Translations under genes and position numbers: made by a program | Source of the DNA: Candidatus Limnocylindrales bacterium | GTDB lineage: Bacteria > Moduliflexota > Moduliflexia > Moduliflexales > JAUQPW01 | NCBI GenBank assembly: GCA_035559535.1 | Contig: DATMBG010000033.1 | Span: 61,573-125,572 of the forward strand | Reading direction: 5' to 3' | Length of the DNA stretch: 64,000 nucleotides | Shown: positions 29,616-40,100 of the stretch, in pieces | How positions within the stretch are numbered: the stretch's first letter is position 1 | Layout: every line of letters starts with the position of its first letter | Notes under the pieces: generated by a model | Seen by the model: the letters and a program-made list of their open reading frames with translations, nothing else | What the model was told of the DNA's origin: nothing | The model's database searches: none

Positions 29616-29736
29616 TTAAGGGGGCCCTCTCAGGGATCTCACTCTTATCCTGGTGCATATGGGGACCGGGGGTGAAGGGAGAGAGGCCAGGAGTGAGGGC
29701 CGCTCAAACGTTAAACAAAACTAAGTAAACAATGTA

Positions 29737-30054
29737 CTATTCTAAATCTTTAGGTTCCGATTTGTGGCCCTTTACAATAATTGGAGTTTTCAAGGCGGGA
29801 AATGAACGATCTAATTCATTCAATTCTTTCTGGAGTTTCTCAATCTCTTCATTAAGATAAATAATCCGGTTGATATATTCCTTAACAGAGGGATGTAGAA
29901 GGGGATTTTCGAAGGTTTTTTTGAGAAGATTATAATAAAGTTGACCGAGTTTAATAAAAATTTTCTCTTTTTTACGCCCTACATTTGCTAACTTCTGACG
30001 ATACCAGACAATTTGGATAGCTTTATAGATACTCTCTTTAAGTTTCACAATCAA
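29737..30054 (-). CDS. Hypothetical protein (coiled-coil-like)
   Basis: 105-aa ORF 6 bp downstream of the MBL-fold gene on the same strand; no motif recognised. Confidence 0.4.
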   Translation of the reverse strand: MIVKLKESIYKAIQIVWYRQKLANVGRKKEKIFIKLGQLYYNLLKKTFENPLLHPSVKEYINRIIYLNEEIEKLQKELNELDRSFPALKTPIIVKGHKSEPKDLE

Positions 30055-30060
30055 CTAAAG

Positions 30061-30972
30061 CTATAGGATGATCTCCAGACCTTCATAAGCTATGCGAGAA
30101 TTTGGAAAATGGAGTTGAACTTGTTTTTCCATCTCAGAAAGGAAACTATCGGAGTGGGAAGGGTCGTGATGAAACAAAATATACTGTTTGACTCCTGCAG
30201 CTTTAGAGAGTAAGACTCCCTCTCGCCATGTGCTGTGGCCCCATCCAATTTTTGAGCGTTTTTGATTGGCCGGATCACCCAGATACTCTTCGGGAGTATA
30301 TTGAGAATCGTAAATAAAGATATCTGCATTCTTAGCGAGGGCTAAAACATGGGGGTCGAGATCTCCTCCGTAATAATGTTCTGTATCCGTTGCATAAACA
30401 ACCACCTTATCTCCTTTAGCATTTTCGATTCTATAACCCAAAGCTCCATTAGGATGATTAAGCCTTCCAGGAATGATACGATTCTCTCCGATTTTTATGG
30501 GATTATCTTGAATTTCATGGAAATTGACCGTAGCACCCATCTGATCTAAAGATACGGGAAAGTATTGATATTCCATCTGTCCTCTAAGGGTATTTTCTAA
30601 TTTCTCAAAAACCCTTTTGGCTCCGTAAAGGTTAAACGTATTGCTCAGTTCAGGTTCTTCCTCATCTCCAGATGATTTTAAGGCAGGGAAATGAGACTTC
30701 CCCTTCACAAAGGCAGGAGCAAAGAAAGGAAATCCCTGGATATGATCCCAGTGGGTATGACTAAAAAAGATATGACCGACCTTGCCACCTTTGTCAAAAC
30801 CTTCCTCCATTAAACTAAGCCCCAGCAACCGAATGCCTGTCCCAGCATCAAAGATAAGAAGTTGGTTATCATCGGTCCTCACTTCCACACAGGACGTATT
30901 TCCACCCACTTTAACCGTCTGAGGACCTGGGGTGGGAATTGAACCCCGGACCCCCCAGAATTTCACTTTCAT
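30061..30972 (-). CDS. MBL-fold metallo-hydrolase
   Basis: Metallo-beta-lactamase motif 'HFFSHTHWDHIQG' and N-terminal 'WGVRGSIPTPG'. Confidence 0.7.
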   Translation of the reverse strand: MKVKFWGVRGSIPTPGPQTVKVGGNTSCVEVRTDDNQLLIFDAGTGIRLLGLSLMEEGFDKGGKVGHIFFSHTHWDHIQGFPFFAPAFVKGKSHFPALKSSGDEEEPELSNTFNLYGAKRVFEKLENTLRGQMEYQYFPVSLDQMGATVNFHEIQDNPIKIGENRIIPGRLNHPNGALGYRIENAKGDKVVVYATDTEHYYGGDLDPHVLALAKNADIFIYDSQYTPEEYLGDPANQKRSKIGWGHSTWREGVLLSKAAGVKQYILFHHDPSHSDSFLSEMEKQVQLHFPNSRIAYEGLEIIL

Positions 30973-31216
30973 TGCTCTACCCTCTCTCGAAACACAAATA
31001 CTTTCAACCTGAATTCTAAAAAGAATCTTCCCTTTTTAAAGAAATTCTCTGCCTTACTTGCAGGCAATCTTTATACCACTTAAAAGGATACCTTTAAGCT
31101 CCCCCCCTGAAGATTTTTAAATCTTCTCCCGCGAGATCTGTTAAATCTTACCAGGTTAAATTTTTACATCCAAATTTTATTTCAATTAATTTATATTTTA
31201 TTTTAACTTATAAGGA

Positions 31217-31513
31217 TTATACGCGAGGTAGTTTAGAACGTTCATCTGAAATGTCATCGGGAAAATAAATTTTGATCTGCTCTTGATCTGATCCCTCTTT
31301 CTCAACGCGAAGATCTAGTCGATGTCCACAGGGTAAGATAAATATGTACCTTTTATCCACCCCCCCATCTTCGTATTGTCTCCCGATCGAAACCTTTTCT
31401 GGAGAAATACTGTCCGGGCTCTCGTAGGGTGGATCACCGAAACTGACTCTAAAGCGTTGATTACAAACTCCACACCTTCCCAGATAAATACGTTCTTTAA
31501 TGGGTTCGTTCAT
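31217..31513 (-). CDS. Hypothetical small Cys/His-containing protein
   Basis: 98 aa, ATG preceded by AGGAG; 'CGVCNQ...CGH' suggests a metal-binding knuckle. Confidence 0.4.
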   Translation of the reverse strand: MNEPIKERIYLGRCGVCNQRFRVSFGDPPYESPDSISPEKVSIGRQYEDGGVDKRYIFILPCGHRLDLRVEKEGSDQEQIKIYFPDDISDERSKLPRV

Positions 31514-31735
31514 CTCTAGATCTCCTGCTTGTCGGCCATTTTAGGACTTCCCTTATGGGATATTGAATTCCCCCTTCCCTCCTAACATGGTCTGAAGAAT
31601 AAACCTCCTGTAAAATAACTGTAAAATAAACCTTTTTAATTGTCAACCCTATTTTAGTAACTTGCCTTCCAAACCAAAAAATCTTGGCCTTTCCCTTGAC
31701 AATCCCTTACATAAAAGGTAAAACTTACAGCATAC

Positions 31736-34330
31736 ATGAAAAGGAAAGTTTATGCTTTACAGGTCAGTAAAATGTTAACCTCCCTTTTTTGGGTTCTAAC
31801 AGCCGGAGCCTCCATAGGATTTTATGTCTGGATGCGGGTTAATCCGCTTGTTTTTCTAGATCAAGGAAACCTCCAGACCTATTTATATTTCAACTTCTTC
31901 CATCTTAAACTTCTCTGGTATTTAGCAGGGTGCATGTCAGGGTTAACCGTTTTTTGGCTCTTATATGCCCGGACTCTGAACCTGGCAACCGGTATAGATT
32001 TCCCCATCTGTCTGTATGCAGACGCCAAAACTTACCTGCCTTGCTATTTACTTCTTCTGAACTGGCTTAGCTTCCGCTACGTCCTTTATAAACCCGGTTA
32101 CCTTCTTCCCACCATCATTCTTATTTTTATCTTAATCCGCAAATATCGATTCTTAAGGATGATCCTCGCTCCTTTAACTTTATTTCGCTTATTCCCTGTT
32201 TCCAGGTCTCCACACTTCCGCCGGGGGATTATACCTGTTCTTATTTTTATCCTTTCTACCGGATTTTACCTGAGCCTGTCCACAAAACTTCTCTCGCCCC
32301 TCCATGTTCTGGTTGGAGATGAGCCCTCATATCTTATGATTACCGACAGCCTTTCCAAAGATGGAGATGTAAGGTTAAACAATAATTATCGAGAAAAGGC
32401 CTATTTACGTTTTTTTCCAGGTGAATATCCTCGATTTGGTAACATCGGTAAAGATGGTGGGATCTATCCTAGACACGGCATCGGACTTCCCCTTCTGCTC
32501 GTTCCGTTTTATCGCTTAGGAGATCGATTCGATCATATGGTTTTTTTTCCCAGAGCCTGTATGAATTTACTCACGGCTCTCCTGGTTACAAATTTTTATT
32601 TGCTGGCCTATGAGATGACCCGGAATCTTCCGGCTTCCTTGCTAACCACCTTTATTTTTGGGTTTACCACGCCGGTCCTTTTTTACTCTTACCAGATCTA
32701 TCCGGAAGTCCCTGCCGGATTGATTTTGTTATATGCTTTCCGAAAATGGCGCTTGTTTTATAGAAGACCCTTGCTATACCCGCTTTGCATAGGCGGGGCC
32801 ATTTCTCTTCTACCCTGGTTTGGAGTGAAGTACCTTATTTTATCCCTGGTACTGTTTCTTTTAGCCGGGTTCAGTTTGATACGATATCGGACTCATTTTT
32901 CTTATTTATCTGTTCTCCTTTTTTTATTTCCTATTATCCTGTCGGGGGTACTTCATGCCTGGTTTACCTATTCCATGTACAAAACCATATCTCCAACCGC
33001 CATGTATGGACAGGCCTCTCCGATTCCAGGACAAAAGCCGGGGTCTTATTCAGTCCTGGGGGATTTAAAATTTAAATTAAAACGAGGTCTTATGGGAATT
33101 CCTGGGGTTTTCCTGGATCAAAGGATCGGTCTTCTTTTTCATAGCCCCCTTTACTTCTTTTCGCTGGCCGGTATTCTAGCCCTATGGAGAAAGAAAGCCT
33201 ATCGACCTCAGATGTTCGCTTTACTTTTTATCTTTCTGAGCTACATCTTTTTTTATACCTCCCAACCGACAGCAGGATGGGGCGGATACAGTGTCATGAA
33301 TCGCCCGGTCATAGCCGTTATCTGGTGTTTAGGTATTTTGATGCTCTTTGGTTTGAAATCCTTCCGGGGGCCCCTGGCAACAGCCCTTCGAAACGGTTTC
33401 TTCGTTTTTAGTTTTCTTTTGGTTGGCCTCTATTTAAAAGAGCCTTTACTGCTTTATCACCAGATGGCTTATCGTTATCAAGAACTTCGAAGTAACCTCC
33501 TCTATACCTATAGTAGTGCCTTTCTAGATCTGACTTCCCTGTTTCCTGCCATGATGGGTACAGATAAAAATCCTAAAGTAACCCTCTTCTGGGCAGGTGT
33601 TACGCTAACTTTGCTGGCACTTTGTTACTATGAATCGAAAAAAAGAGTATGGGAGTATGGGAGTGTGGGAGTGTGGGAGTATGGAGGCAGGGAGGTAGGG
33701 AGGTATGGAAGTATAAGAAATAGAACTCCCATACCCCCATACCCCCATACCCCCATCCTCCTACTCTTGCCCATAGTGTTAGGCTTTCTTTTCCTGATGG
33801 GAGGTTGGATTTCAGTTAAGGAGATTCTCCCCAAGACGCAAAATGCTACCGGCTATGAAATGTTTTTCACTTTACCCTGGACGGGAAAGGGTCTGATAGG
33901 TAAATATTATGATAATGAAGCCTGGGAAGGAGTTCCTCGGGTTATTCGACGAGACCCCTCACTCGACTTTTCTTTTATACAACATCTGGATATGTTCCGG
34001 GTCAAGGTAGGAAATTTTCCTCTCCCGGTGAATCTTTCTTCCTTTTCTGTGGACTGGTCTGGATATCTGATAGTCCCTTCGTCAGGAAATTATATCTTCC
34101 AGGTAATCACTTCCCCACGGGCTTTCTTTTATCTGTCTATAGATGGGGATCCCATGGTTGTAGATGGGAAAACTCCCAGGGAATTGACCCAGGGGGATCA
34201 CTCCATTCGGATTCGGTTGAAGGAACTACATCCTTCCAATTCCCAACTCATCCTGTATTGGATACGACCCGACGGTCAAAAAGAAATTATTCCGGCGGAA
34301 GCTTTCCGGCCTTATCAAGGAATAAACTAA
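31736..34330 (+). CDS. GT-C-type membrane glycosyltransferase (ArnT/PMT-like) with C-terminal PA14 domain
   Basis: 864 aa, ATG start. Many TM helices with first-loop motif 'GDEPSYLMITDSL' paralogous to the 1164-aa protein. C-terminal PA14-like region 'GKYYDNEAWEGVP...VDWSGYLIVPSSGNYIFQVITSPRAFFYLSIDGDPMVVDG'. Contains the repeat at 33645-33760. Confidence 0.6.
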   Translation: MKRKVYALQVSKMLTSLFWVLTAGASIGFYVWMRVNPLVFLDQGNLQTYLYFNFFHLKLLWYLAGCMSGLTVFWLLYARTLNLATGIDFPICLYADAKTYLPCYLLLLNWLSFRYVLYKPGYLLPTIILIFILIRKYRFLRMILAPLTLFRLFPVSRSPHFRRGIIPVLIFILSTGFYLSLSTKLLSPLHVLVGDEPSYLMITDSLSKDGDVRLNNNYREKAYLRFFPGEYPRFGNIGKDGGIYPRHGIGLPLLLVPFYRLGDRFDHMVFFPRACMNLLTALLVTNFYLLAYEMTRNLPASLLTTFIFGFTTPVLFYSYQIYPEVPAGLILLYAFRKWRLFYRRPLLYPLCIGGAISLLPWFGVKYLILSLVLFLLAGFSLIRYRTHFSYLSVLLFLFPIILSGVLHAWFTYSMYKTISPTAMYGQASPIPGQKPGSYSVLGDLKFKLKRGLMGIPGVFLDQRIGLLFHSPLYFFSLAGILALWRKKAYRPQMFALLFIFLSYIFFYTSQPTAGWGGYSVMNRPVIAVIWCLGILMLFGLKSFRGPLATALRNGFFVFSFLLVGLYLKEPLLLYHQMAYRYQELRSNLLYTYSSAFLDLTSLFPAMMGTDKNPKVTLFWAGVTLTLLALCYYESKKRVWEYGSVGVWEYGGREVGRYGSIRNRTPIPPYPHTPILLLLPIVLGFLFLMGGWISVKEILPKTQNATGYEMFFTLPWTGKGLIGKYYDNEAWEGVPRVIRRDPSLDFSFIQHLDMFRVKVGNFPLPVNLSSFSVDWSGYLIVPSSGNYIFQVITSPRAFFYLSIDGDPMVVDGKTPRELTQGDHSIRIRLKELHPSNSQLILYWIRPDGQKEIIPAEAFRPYQGIN
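33645..33760 (+). repeat. Imperfect octamer tandem repeat (about 9 x AGTRTGGG-like) followed by inverted CCCATACC units, inside the CDS
   Basis: gagtatgggagtatgggagtgtgggagtgtgggagtatggaggcagggaggtagggaggtatgg ... cccatacccccatacccccatacccccatcc read directly; translated in frame as VWEYGSVGVWEYGGREVGRYGS...PIPPYPHTP. Confidence 0.7.
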
Positions 34331-35514
34331 GAAAAGAAATTCTGGCGCTTCTTCAAATTATCCAGGGTCTTGATGATAAAGCTCATCATGACGAGCTGGA
34401 CTCCCGTCAGGAATAGAGTAGCTCCGGTGAGGATATAGGACCAGTGAACATGAATATGCTGGGTAGTTACATACTCATAAATGGTATTTTTATTCAAAAC
34501 GATACTACTTAAAATGGAAAGCCAGCCGATCAGACCTATTTTTTTCATGATCGTTGGTTTAAAAATATATCGGCTCCAGAAACTACGCTGATGAATCTCT
34601 TTTCGGTGCATGATGGACAAAATATAGTTCGAAAAGGCTCCAAAGGTCATGGTGTTGATACCTGTTATAAACAGAACCATAATGGTAAAGAGCCGATAAA
34701 TTTCCCAATCCTCTACTTCCCGCAATTTGATATAGTAAGTCACCGGCATAATTCCCAACAATACCCCTATGAAAATCATCAGTAATCCCATCATTCCGTA
34801 AAACTTGAGCGGGTTATAAAGGTTGGCGGTATGGAGGATGGTTGAGAGGAATCGGAGTCCATCTTGGATAACATGAAGTTTAGATTTTCCTATCCGTTCC
34901 TTGTATTCAATAGGAACTTCTACGACTTTCATTCCTTCATGCAAGGCATGGGTACTCATGGCAGGAGTTAAATCGAGCCCATCGGGTAAAGGATATAATC
35001 GGGTTAAAATAGATCGTTTGAAGACCCGCATCCCACTGGCTGAGTCTGTTATTTTATGCTCGACGATCCAGCTCAAAAGTCTGGCAAAAAACCTGTTACC
35101 GATCTGTCGAATGAAAGGCATACCGGTTTTCTTTTCAATCATTCGGGAGCCGATGACCATATCGGCGTTTGTTTCTCTTAAGACCCTGCAAAGGTCTAAG
35201 AAGGCCCGGGCGGGGTAAGTCCCATCGGCATCCAGGAATCCCATATACTCCCCTCGTGCTTTATCAAACCCAGTTTTCAGAGCAGATCCGTATCCTAAAT
35301 TTTTCCTATGATGGATAAGGACCACATCTGGATAACCCTGAACAATTTCACCTGTTCGATCCTGGGAGCCGTCGTTTACAATGATAATTTCTACCTCGGA
35401 GATGCCAATTTTTGTCTCTAGAATTTCCTTTTTAACCGCCAGAACTTCCAGAATCGTGGCTCCTATAGAATTTTCTTCATTATACGCTGGAATCACTATA
35501 GAAAGTGTGGGCAT
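34327..35514 (-). CDS. GT2-family polyprenyl-phosphate glycosyltransferase (DPM1/ArnC-like) with C-terminal TM helices
   Basis: ATG at 35514 preceded by GGGAGGAGG. 'LSIVIPAYNEE', 'VNDGSQDRT', 'FLDADGTYP' GT-A motifs. About 100-aa hydrophobic C-terminal segment. Confidence 0.8.
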   Translation of the reverse strand: MPTLSIVIPAYNEENSIGATILEVLAVKKEILETKIGISEVEIIIVNDGSQDRTGEIVQGYPDVVLIHHRKNLGYGSALKTGFDKARGEYMGFLDADGTYPARAFLDLCRVLRETNADMVIGSRMIEKKTGMPFIRQIGNRFFARLLSWIVEHKITDSASGMRVFKRSILTRLYPLPDGLDLTPAMSTHALHEGMKVVEVPIEYKERIGKSKLHVIQDGLRFLSTILHTANLYNPLKFYGMMGLLMIFIGVLLGIMPVTYYIKLREVEDWEIYRLFTIMVLFITGINTMTFGAFSNYILSIMHRKEIHQRSFWSRYIFKPTIMKKIGLIGWLSILSSIVLNKNTIYEYVTTQHIHVHWSYILTGATLFLTGVQLVMMSFIIKTLDNLKKRQNFFS

Positions 35515-35767
35515 ACGCTTCCCCTCCTCCCTTCTGCTTACCCATGAATCAAAAGTTTCTGTTTCTTTTGTGCAGTTTTTATACCAGCTTTGATAGGGAA
35601 TGCCCAAATTCGATTGCCCAAATTTTTAGTATTGTTTCCTTTATAAGTTCAACTAAGCTTAACAATTTTTATTGACATCTTTCTCATCCAGTGTAAAAAA
35701 TTAAAGTATAAATGTAAAACATTAACTTTACCTAAATATAGGTTTTCGTGACTTTTAGGAAAGTCTT

Positions 35768-36238
35768 ATGAAAAATTTAATAAAATCCTTCCTGTCCTTT
35801 CTTATAACAACGATTTTTTTCGGAGTGGCCACGAGCGAGGAAGTTACGGCACATGGGTATTGGAGTAGGTATTCTTATCCTCCTTGTCCTTCACCGCCTC
35901 CTTGGGGAATGATTCCTCCTTGCCCACCAGGGTTTGGAAGATTGGGATATTCCTGTCCTCCTCCATCTGCTCGATATCTTCGGCCCCCACGGTATTCCCC
36001 CTATGGGGAGTATTTTTCTAAACCAGGCCCCCCCAGGCCTCCTCTCTCCCCTTACGGATATTTTAATGAAGAGGGGGTTTGGGTTCCTTTTTCCAGTTCT
36101 CCAGGGTTTAAGGGTAAGGGTCTTAAAAGTGAGAAAAAAGGAGTTACCTCTTCTAAAAAATCCTCGAAAAAGAAATCATCTTCTGGTAAAGGCTCCAAAT
36201 CTTATAAAGGCTCCAAATCTTATCAGATAGCTCCCTAA
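35768..36238 (+). CDS. Secreted low-complexity protein (Pro/Tyr-rich core, Lys/Ser-rich tail)
   Basis: Signal peptide 'LSFLITTIFFGVATS'. Pro-rich repeats (PPCPSPPPWGMIPPCPPGFG...). C-terminal KKSSKKKSSSGKGSKSYKGSKSYQ encoded by a short tandem DNA repeat (ggctccaaatcttat x2). Confidence 0.5.
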   Translation: MKNLIKSFLSFLITTIFFGVATSEEVTAHGYWSRYSYPPCPSPPPWGMIPPCPPGFGRLGYSCPPPSARYLRPPRYSPYGEYFSKPGPPRPPLSPYGYFNEEGVWVPFSSSPGFKGKGLKSEKKGVTSSKKSSKKKSSSGKGSKSYKGSKSYQIAP

Positions 36239-37047
36239 GGTTCCTCTTCTTGCTGCTGTATTTCCCGAATTCTTCGCCAAAATTCAGAGGCTTCTGCGGC
36301 AATCCCACTCCAGTTTCGGACCTCTTCGTGAAAACCTTCTTTTAAAACCTCGAAAAACTCATCCCTTAACTCAGAATCGGTGGGATCTATATTTGAAAAA
36401 ATCTCATAGCCGGGTAATTCTTTGTAACGCCAGTAATTCAAATTGGGGATATAGAAGTGTTTAATCCAACCCAGTAGCATATCCATCCAGGATTCACAAT
36501 AATAGCGAAGATGAATGTGGGGTTTTCCTAAAAACCAATCGGCCTGTTGAATCATTTCATTTTCGTAAAACCGGCACTGGTTATGATCTTCAACATAAAC
36601 GATTACCCCATCCAACTCCGGATAATCCTCCATACGCAGGAAAACGAAGCTCACCCTATCATCCTCCTCATACAAGAACCGACCGTCAAAAAGACGAAAC
36701 TCAATTCCATAAAGATTAACCTGGGGGATTGAAAATAAATCCTCATGGATCTTTACTAATTTTTGTCTCAGAGGACCTGCAACGCGAAGTTCAAATCCCA
36801 GAGGGTCGACTTCCTGGGGTAAACTTTCGTAGACTCTGATGAGATTGGAACTCGAAGGAGGAGTGCTAAATAAAGAGCCACTTAGAAGAATATTTCCTTG
36901 GATCGTGTGATCGAAATGCCGGATAGGCGGGGGAACCTCAAAGTAGCCATGAGAAAGTTCTGCTAATTCCTCGAGTTTCCAGCACAGATTTTCACGAACA
37001 AATAACTCAGAGCATTGACCCGACCAACTGACGATGACAGATGGCAT
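36235..37047 (-). CDS. Hypothetical protein, third gene of the dual-ATPase cassette
   Basis: 270 aa, ATG start, 92 bp downstream of the 1006-aa gene on the same strand; no recognisable motif. Confidence 0.5.
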   Translation of the reverse strand: MPSVIVSWSGQCSELFVRENLCWKLEELAELSHGYFEVPPPIRHFDHTIQGNILLSGSLFSTPPSSSNLIRVYESLPQEVDPLGFELRVAGPLRQKLVKIHEDLFSIPQVNLYGIEFRLFDGRFLYEEDDRVSFVFLRMEDYPELDGVIVYVEDHNQCRFYENEMIQQADWFLGKPHIHLRYYCESWMDMLLGWIKHFYIPNLNYWRYKELPGYEIFSNIDPTDSELRDEFFEVLKEGFHEEVRNWSGIAAEASEFWRRIREIQQQEEEP

Positions 37048-37139
37048 ATATTTTGACTCCTTTCCAGGGTGAAAGTAACCGCATAGAGCTGTTCTATGTC
37101 CTGGGTCATTAAAAATAGGACAGCTTTATGGGATGGTTT

Positions 37140-40100
37140 CTATTGATTATGCATAGCCATTTCAATTTCGGTCTTCGTGACCAGTGGGCCTTGAAGCCTC
37201 TGAAGAGGAACGCTCCCCCCAATCAGCATATCTCCATGCCCGATCAGGTATTCTGCACCCGGCGTATCCAGGATAATGGTACTATTGGCGGCGCTGGTAA
37301 CTTTAAGAGCCACTTTAAGTTGGAGATTGGCTTTGATAATCGGCGTGACTATCCGAGCATCTGGCCGCTGGGTAGACAGAATCAGGTGAATGCCTGCGGC
37401 ACGGCCTTTTTGTCCGAGGCGCTGAATGGAGGTTTCCAATTCTGTCCGGGTATCTTTGTCTGCCATGAGATCTGCATATTCATCAATCATAATGACCTGA
37501 TGGCTTAAAGATCCGCCCAGTTGATTATAGGCGTGGATATCCGATACCCCCTTTTTTTCAAACGTACGATAACGCTCTTCCATCTCATCGACCAGTTGGT
37601 GCAGTTTTTCAAGGGCCGATTCGGTATCCATCAAGATAGATCCGGAAAGATGGGGGAGGGAGGCAAGGTCCATAAAACCCACCCGCTTAGGGTCAATCAA
37701 AATCAATCGAACTTCGGTAGGTTTTGCATTTAGAGCCAGGCCTACGGCACTGGCTTTCAGAAAAATGCTTTTGCCGCTTCCTGAGGTGCCCCCTATCAGC
37801 ATACCACTCATGGTGGGATCGCTGAGATTCGCCCAAACAATCGAGCCGTCAATAGACATACCCAGGGGAAATGCAACTTTAGAAGGAGGTCGGTTACGTT
37901 GTCCCTTTTGCCACACCTCTCCCAGGGTAAGGGGAACCCGGACTTTCCGAGGTATATCCACACTCACATAACCCGCCTGGGGCTGAATCAGAGGAGCAAC
38001 CTGTAAACCCAAAGCCACCTGCAGATTTTCGGCTTGATTGACCAGCTTCTTAACGGTAACACCTTGATCCAGCCTGGGTTTGATCTTATATCGGATAAAT
38101 CGCGGCCCGGCTATGTAACCTACAGGCTCAACGGGTAGCTTTAACGTATCCAAAGCCTGAATAAGGGCCCTCAAGCCTTGCTCCGCTTCCTGGGTCGTTT
38201 CTCTGGAATTGGGATCTGAAACAGAAGACCGGGAAGTCTCAGATTTTTCCCCAGGAGATGTTCCCAAGACTTCCTCGAAGCCTTGAAACCCTGAGTGCTT
38301 CTGACCATGGAGTTTCTCCCCTATAAACGTAGCAAACTCGTTCGCTGTGATCGATTTCACCCGATTATCGAAACCGACCAGGGTTACATCTCCTTCCTTA
38401 ACCGCATAACTGAGCAGGGCCAGGGCATACCATCGGGCGGCCTGCTCCGAATCTAAAATAATCACGTGACCCCCCAGATCTTTAAAAAGTTGAAGTTTCT
38501 CATTGGTTGCCTTCCACTGGGGAGGGGGTGGAATAGGACAGCGGGCATCTCGAATATAAAAAGCTTTCCCTGAGGGATGAGACTTTAAAAACTCAATCCC
38601 CTTCAGAAGACAGGCCCCTACCGCCATAGGATTCTGCTCCACATCGATCATAAAAATCACGGGAACCTCTGAGGAGGAAGAAACCCGGAGAGTACCTGTA
38701 AAGTCAATATACTTTTCTTTACCCTCCGGACGCTGTAAAGATTCAACTTGAAAGGAACCCGCCTGAAACGTTTCCGCAGTACGGGATTTTACAGATTGGC
38801 CTGACTTTCCGATTTTAGTGGGTCCATAGCTGAGATAAACCTCTAAAGCTCGTCTTAACCGGCCTCGATCGGGTTGATAACGATCAAAATCTTGTAAAAT
38901 CGTTCGATATTGATTTTCAAATTCTTCCTCGAGGGTTTGAGAAGGAGAAACTTCGACCGAAGGCCCTTGATCCAATATTTGCCTCAACCGCTTATTGGCC
39001 TCAGCAATGACCAACCGGGGGATATACAACTGTTTTCTAAAGGTTTTATATAATTCTTCCCGGTCAAAGGGAAAAAACGGGTTGGTTTGATCTTCTCCAA
39101 GTACCGAAGCCAGACGATTTTGGATAATTGCCATAGCCTGATCTGCCGTACAACCCCGCAGCTCAAATCGGTTCGTCTCAAGACGCGTGATAATATGCTG
39201 GTTTAACTTTAATCGGAATTTTCCCTCCCATTCTCCCCCCCGGAAGCAGACAATAGGCAACATGGCTTTGGCTTTATCTATCAGGAATTCCAACATCTTC
39301 CCCAGGGCATATATTTTCCCTTCGGTTTCTAAATTCTCTAAGCGGTCGAAACAAATGATCAGGGTTTGACGGTAACGAGCCAGCAAAAGGCCCAGGGAAA
39401 TTAGAATATCCCGTGCTTCTTGCTCAAGGAGGTTGGAACGACCGGTTTGGTCCTCCGATACTTGAAAGCGATCTGATACCTGGAGTAAAGCTGCATCGGC
39501 CTGATCCAGAACGTAACCTTTAAGCCAGTTTAAAGCCGCTACCCGCTTACTCGGAATCCGATATTGGAACAAAACCTTTAAAAAACTGGTGGAAATCTCC
39601 GGGTAGGCCCTACTCAACAGATCGAGGGCTTTATCTTCAACCTCTTTAAACCGATGGGGAATAATATATTTAAAAATCAAAGTCCCCAGCATATTCCTTT
39701 GTTTATCCCGCGTGGACCCATACTTCTGGACTACTTCCCGGTAAATTTCGTCTATAATCTTCTCCAGTTGTGTTACCGGAGAAGCTGCATGTATCGGATA
39801 ACAAAGATTAACGATGATTTCCCTCAGAAGATAGCGATAGGTCTGTTCCGGATCCTCGATGGGTTGAATGTAGGCGAAGGAGAGACCTGGTGTGCCCGGT
39901 TCCGACTGTATCTGTTCCGTATACTGAAGGATTTTACCGATCAGATGCGTTTTACCGCTGCCGACTTCTCCGAGTACTAGCGCTCCACAGTTGAGACCCG
40001 GGTTTTGGGATTTCTGTTTAATAAGCTGGCAAAGTCCCTTGAAAGCATGTTCATTAATGGAAGGAACATCCGGATAGACTCCTTCCCGGGGATCTCCAAC

